From positions 32,001 to 96,000 of the forward strand of contig JAYGDX010000063.1 in the NCBI GenBank assembly GCA_046582655.1: a DNA stretch of 64,000 nucleotides, read 5' to 3'. The notes beneath the pieces were generated by a model. It was not told where the DNA came from. It made no database searches and saw only the letters and a program-made list of their open reading frames with translations. This document shows, in pieces, positions 62,201-64,000 of the stretch. A program made the position numbers and the translations under genes. How positions within the stretch are numbered: position 1 is the stretch's first letter; every line of letters starts with the position of its first letter. This DNA comes from Candidatus Poribacteria bacterium. Lineage in GTDB: Bacteria > Poribacteria > WGA-4E > UBA9662.

Positions 62201-62579
62201 CCTCTTCGTATTTTCCTTGCCTATACCACGAAATAGCTACTCCTTGCAGTGCATCTAAATGAAGGGAGGTTCCCGGATAATCAATCAAAAGTTGCTTATA
62301 ATTTTGGATTGCTTCATCAAAATTCTTTAGCTGTAAGGCACATTCAGCTATCAAGAGTCTTGCGTCGTCTGCGTTGTCGCTACGGGGATACCTTCTAATA
62401 AACTGATCGAATTGATCCTGTGCAACTGAATAAGCCTTATTGTTATAAAGCTTATAAGCGAAAGTATAGTCTTCTTGCTCTCCACCAGTTGCGTATCGAC
62501 AAATGCCTAAAAAAAGCACAAAAGCGACGATCTGTCGGAGCAAAAAACCCAACCTCATAAACACCTCAAAAACTGTCAT
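59277..62579 (-). CDS. Large periplasmic TPR protein (many BamD/CpoB-like repeats)
   Basis: Signal peptide; more than 20 repeats of A.Y.IG..Y.....Y..A...F..VI..YP.S. Likely start is ATG 62558 behind GAGGTG. Confidence 0.92.
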   Translation of the reverse strand: MTVFEVFMRLGFLLRQIVAFVLFLGICRYATGGEQEDYTFAYKLYNNKAYSVAQDQFDQFIRRYPRSDNADDARLLIAECALQLKNFDEAIQNYKQLLIDYPGTSLHLDALQGVAISWYRQGKYEEAIKGYEEVLEVAVEPEVISHSLYLIGESFDNLGLYQKAGEYYDQVISEYSQSKEMADALYSKGWTFYRLKNFRSAYELLSGFSRKYPNHYTAPEAGYRAAESLFKMGEWANAQIEFGDFIQTYMADPKRGQMITDARFRLGECYFQQRMMAEARQEFSLLLNEGIGSLILAEAQYWIAEILAEEKKATEAIYEYQKVIDLYPDSSVSDNARYGIGMVHFEQGAYAKALSTFKTVAVNLQSGLSHAARFRMGECFRMLREFNTAILNYKKILGFPSPYADDASYQIGICYFQLRDYQGVIGELNKLIEIYPETDLRPYALYHLGLAYFNSELYLESSQTFGLYFASVQDRNLETAPADEALFWKARALYEVEDYAGTIKACNLLIQKYPQSKHLLQSNYFIAESTYWQSPTKESYRSARQKYQELIKEEPHSEWAEKSQFSIGWTYFSEAAVSSDKERQKYYNRAIATWKTMIQKYPESGLADQALYQIGVSQCNLKKYSEAIQSFTRVIGSYASSSWQDNSQYQIGWSFYKLEKYSDAIDAFSEVIRKFPSSRLQPNAIFGVANCYFKQGRYTNAITEYNKVVENYPNLKVPAREAGAEKAVNLRPEAQYYIAESFMNLKNYSEAIKAFEKVIQHYPKSNWADDAQYSVATAHENLGQKEKSLQAYRILIKNYRSSSLAPDVQLQIGRFYYADKDYKRAISEFQKVIKQYPNTPSAWLAKYNIGKSYLMLGSYKQSIEAFSQVDPKSEFSASAMFEIGNAWYSKRNSRRNLTNAINILTDIPQKHPKSPFVARALLLAGECYQEMIQWQKAIDLYNRVLSYYPQSDQAEYAQISLGHSYKAQKNFLQAIEAYDVIRKKGTDRYRIEIVVDAELHLAETQAILGRHYDSGVTYLRVRHLREQHDSLTAFHAAVRAADAFIKADEIYMAKDTCEDALSLFEAKISTADAQKREEWDQLHEYAQNKYKQILSQIEQQ

Positions 62580-62595
62580 AGTATGGATTGTGGTT

Positions 62596-62625
62596 ATTAT
62601 ACCATTGAGAAAAAATGCTTTTCAA
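62596..62625 (-). promoter_or_regulatory. Promoter of the TPR/beta-barrel/ExbB/TonB operon
   Basis: TTGAAA-18 bp-TATAAT with an extended TG. Confidence 0.7.
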
Positions 62626-62635
62626 GTTCCATGTT

Positions 62636-63370
62636 CTACTTAGGACTTATTTGTTCCTTGAGTTCAGAAATCTTTTTGCTGTATGCCTCACGGGATTTTG
62701 TCCACTCCATTTTATCGCGACTGCCGCTCTTGAGGCAATCGAGGATATATCCTTCTGCTTCGATGAACTGAGCAGCAGATCGTGCCACCTGACCTGCAAT
62801 TTCATTCGGTACTGTGGTCACACCGTTCGCATCGCCGTGCAATAGATCCCCTGGATAGACTGCCACTCCTCCCACATGCACAGGAACATTAACATCAATG
62901 ACATGGCAGTAGCCATGGGCGCATATTGTACCACTGGTAAAAACGGGGAAGTCGATAGCACGAACCTGATCCAAATCACGACCTGCCCCAGAGGTAATTA
63001 AACCCACACAACCAAAGGCCTTGTATGTCGTACACATTACTTCACCAAAAGTTGCAGCCACAGACGGACTATCCAAGTCTTGAAAAACAACAATACGTGG
63101 CTCAGGAATGTGCTCCAATTGATCAATTTGCCCTTCAAGACCCGCATACGCATCATTCCCACGTGGCGGAGAATTGGAACGAAACGTAGCCGTTGTTGCG
63201 TAGCCGACCATGGGTGGCATTTCAGGAAAGTTCGACTTGATACGTTGATCCATGTAACCGATATTACGCGAACGAACGTCAAAGAGTTCAATAACATTAC
63301 ATATGGTCGGTGTATCGAATTGCTTTAGCAGTTCCAACTCTTCATTTGATACAGTTTGAATCTGATACAT
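62636..63370 (-). CDS. RraA-family protein (HMG aldolase/oxaloacetate decarboxylase-like)
   Basis: DTPTICN, MVGYA.T, ATFGEVM, GAGRD, GGVAVYPGDLLHGDANGV..VP. Confidence 0.9.
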   Translation of the reverse strand: MYQIQTVSNEELELLKQFDTPTICNVIELFDVRSRNIGYMDQRIKSNFPEMPPMVGYATTATFRSNSPPRGNDAYAGLEGQIDQLEHIPEPRIVVFQDLDSPSVAATFGEVMCTTYKAFGCVGLITSGAGRDLDQVRAIDFPVFTSGTICAHGYCHVIDVNVPVHVGGVAVYPGDLLHGDANGVTTVPNEIAGQVARSAAQFIEAEGYILDCLKSGSRDKMEWTKSREAYSKKISELKEQISPK

Positions 63371-63485
63371 TACAATTTCACCTGCCTATGAAATACAATC
63401 AGAATACGATTACAAAGTCAAGATTATAGCACGGCCTGATGAAAAACACATAGATAATTTGAAAGTATCGAATGCAGATTCTATC

Positions 63486-63514
63486 TTGATTTGGAGAGAT
63501 CGGTATGCTAAACT
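63486..63514 (+). promoter_or_regulatory. Putative hisB promoter
   Basis: TTGATT-17 bp-TAAACT with an extended TG. Confidence 0.6.
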
Positions 63515-63551
63515 CCCCAAGCAGGGAAATTGTAGGTTTAGGACTATCAAA

Positions 63552-64000
63552 TTGGAACGGAAAGCCGAAGTTTATCGTGAAACAGGTGAAACACAGATTT
63601 CGCTCAAACTGAATATCGATGGATCTGGTGAATCCGATGTTCAGACAGGAGTAGGATTCTTAGATCATATGCTTGAACTGTTTGCCAAACATGGCTTTTT
63701 CGATTTGGAGCTGAAAGCAGTTGGAGATTTGCAAGTCGATGACCATCACACTGTTGAAGATGTTGGGATCTGTTTAGGTGACGCGTTTCGCCAAGCAGTT
63801 AAAGACAAATCAGGAATGCGGCGTTTCGGCAATTTTGAGATGCCAATGTATGAAGCACTTGCAGAAATTACCTTAGATTTTTGCGATCGGCCCTTTTTGG
63901 TTTACAACACACCACTTACCAACGACAAGATTGGTACTTTTGATGTTGAACTAGTTGAGGAATTTTTCCACGGATTTGTTAACCATAGCGGTACAACACT
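63552..64000 (+). CDS. hisB: Imidazoleglycerol-phosphate dehydratase (3' end truncated by the window)
   Basis: Hand translation from TTG 63552: MERKAEVYRETGETQISLKLNIDGSG...TGVGFLDHMLELFAKHG...GDLQVDDHHTVEDVGICLG. Confidence 0.95.
   Translation, partial: MERKAEVYRETGETQISLKLNIDGSGESDVQTGVGFLDHMLELFAKHGFFDLELKAVGDLQVDDHHTVEDVGICLGDAFRQAVKDKSGMRRFGNFEMPMYEALAEITLDFCDRPFLVYNTPLTNDKIGTFDVELVEEFFHGFVNHSGTT

Noticed and set aside
430..63328. The many 60-160 aa ORFs nested within or antisense to long genes
   Set aside because: They overlap well-supported CDSs, show no recognisable motifs, and are expected by chance.
63371..63551. Histidine attenuator upstream of hisB
   Set aside because: No His-rich leader peptide or terminator, and the predicted promoter is only ~40 bp from the start.

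Overview
A gene-dense, roughly 40% GC chromosomal window from a diderm bacterium. My inference is Candidatus Poribacteria or a related lineage, based on two PhyH dioxygenases, HEAT and TPR proteins, a C25 peptidase and FlgD-type giant proteins. It holds core operons: trkAH-degP; rimP-nusA-infB-rbfA-nrnA-truB-ribF-rpsO-pnp; five tRNAs followed by tig-clpP-clpX-lon; and the start of hisB. The accessory content is more unusual. (i) A ~15 kb co-directional unit runs GT2 glycosyltransferase, radical SAM, degenerate acetate kinase, exported HEAT protein, uncharacterised secreted protein, 2386-aa Ig-repeat protein. It converges on a 2009-aa gingipain/PorU-like C25 peptidase, and both giants end in the same T9SS/FlgD-like C-terminal domain. 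(ii) A TPR / beta-barrel / ExbB / TonB / TPR-lipoprotein envelope locus lacks ExbD. (iii) There is a eukaryote-type glutamine-dependent NAD+ synthetase. (iv) Two intact ORFs lack key catalytic residues (acetate kinase-like, malate dehydrogenase-like). (v) Two pseudogenes are missed by the ORF track (DUF503 and a sulfite-oxidase-like molybdoenzyme). I saw no CRISPR array, integrase, transposase or rRNA. All family calls come from motif recognition by eye, not database searches.
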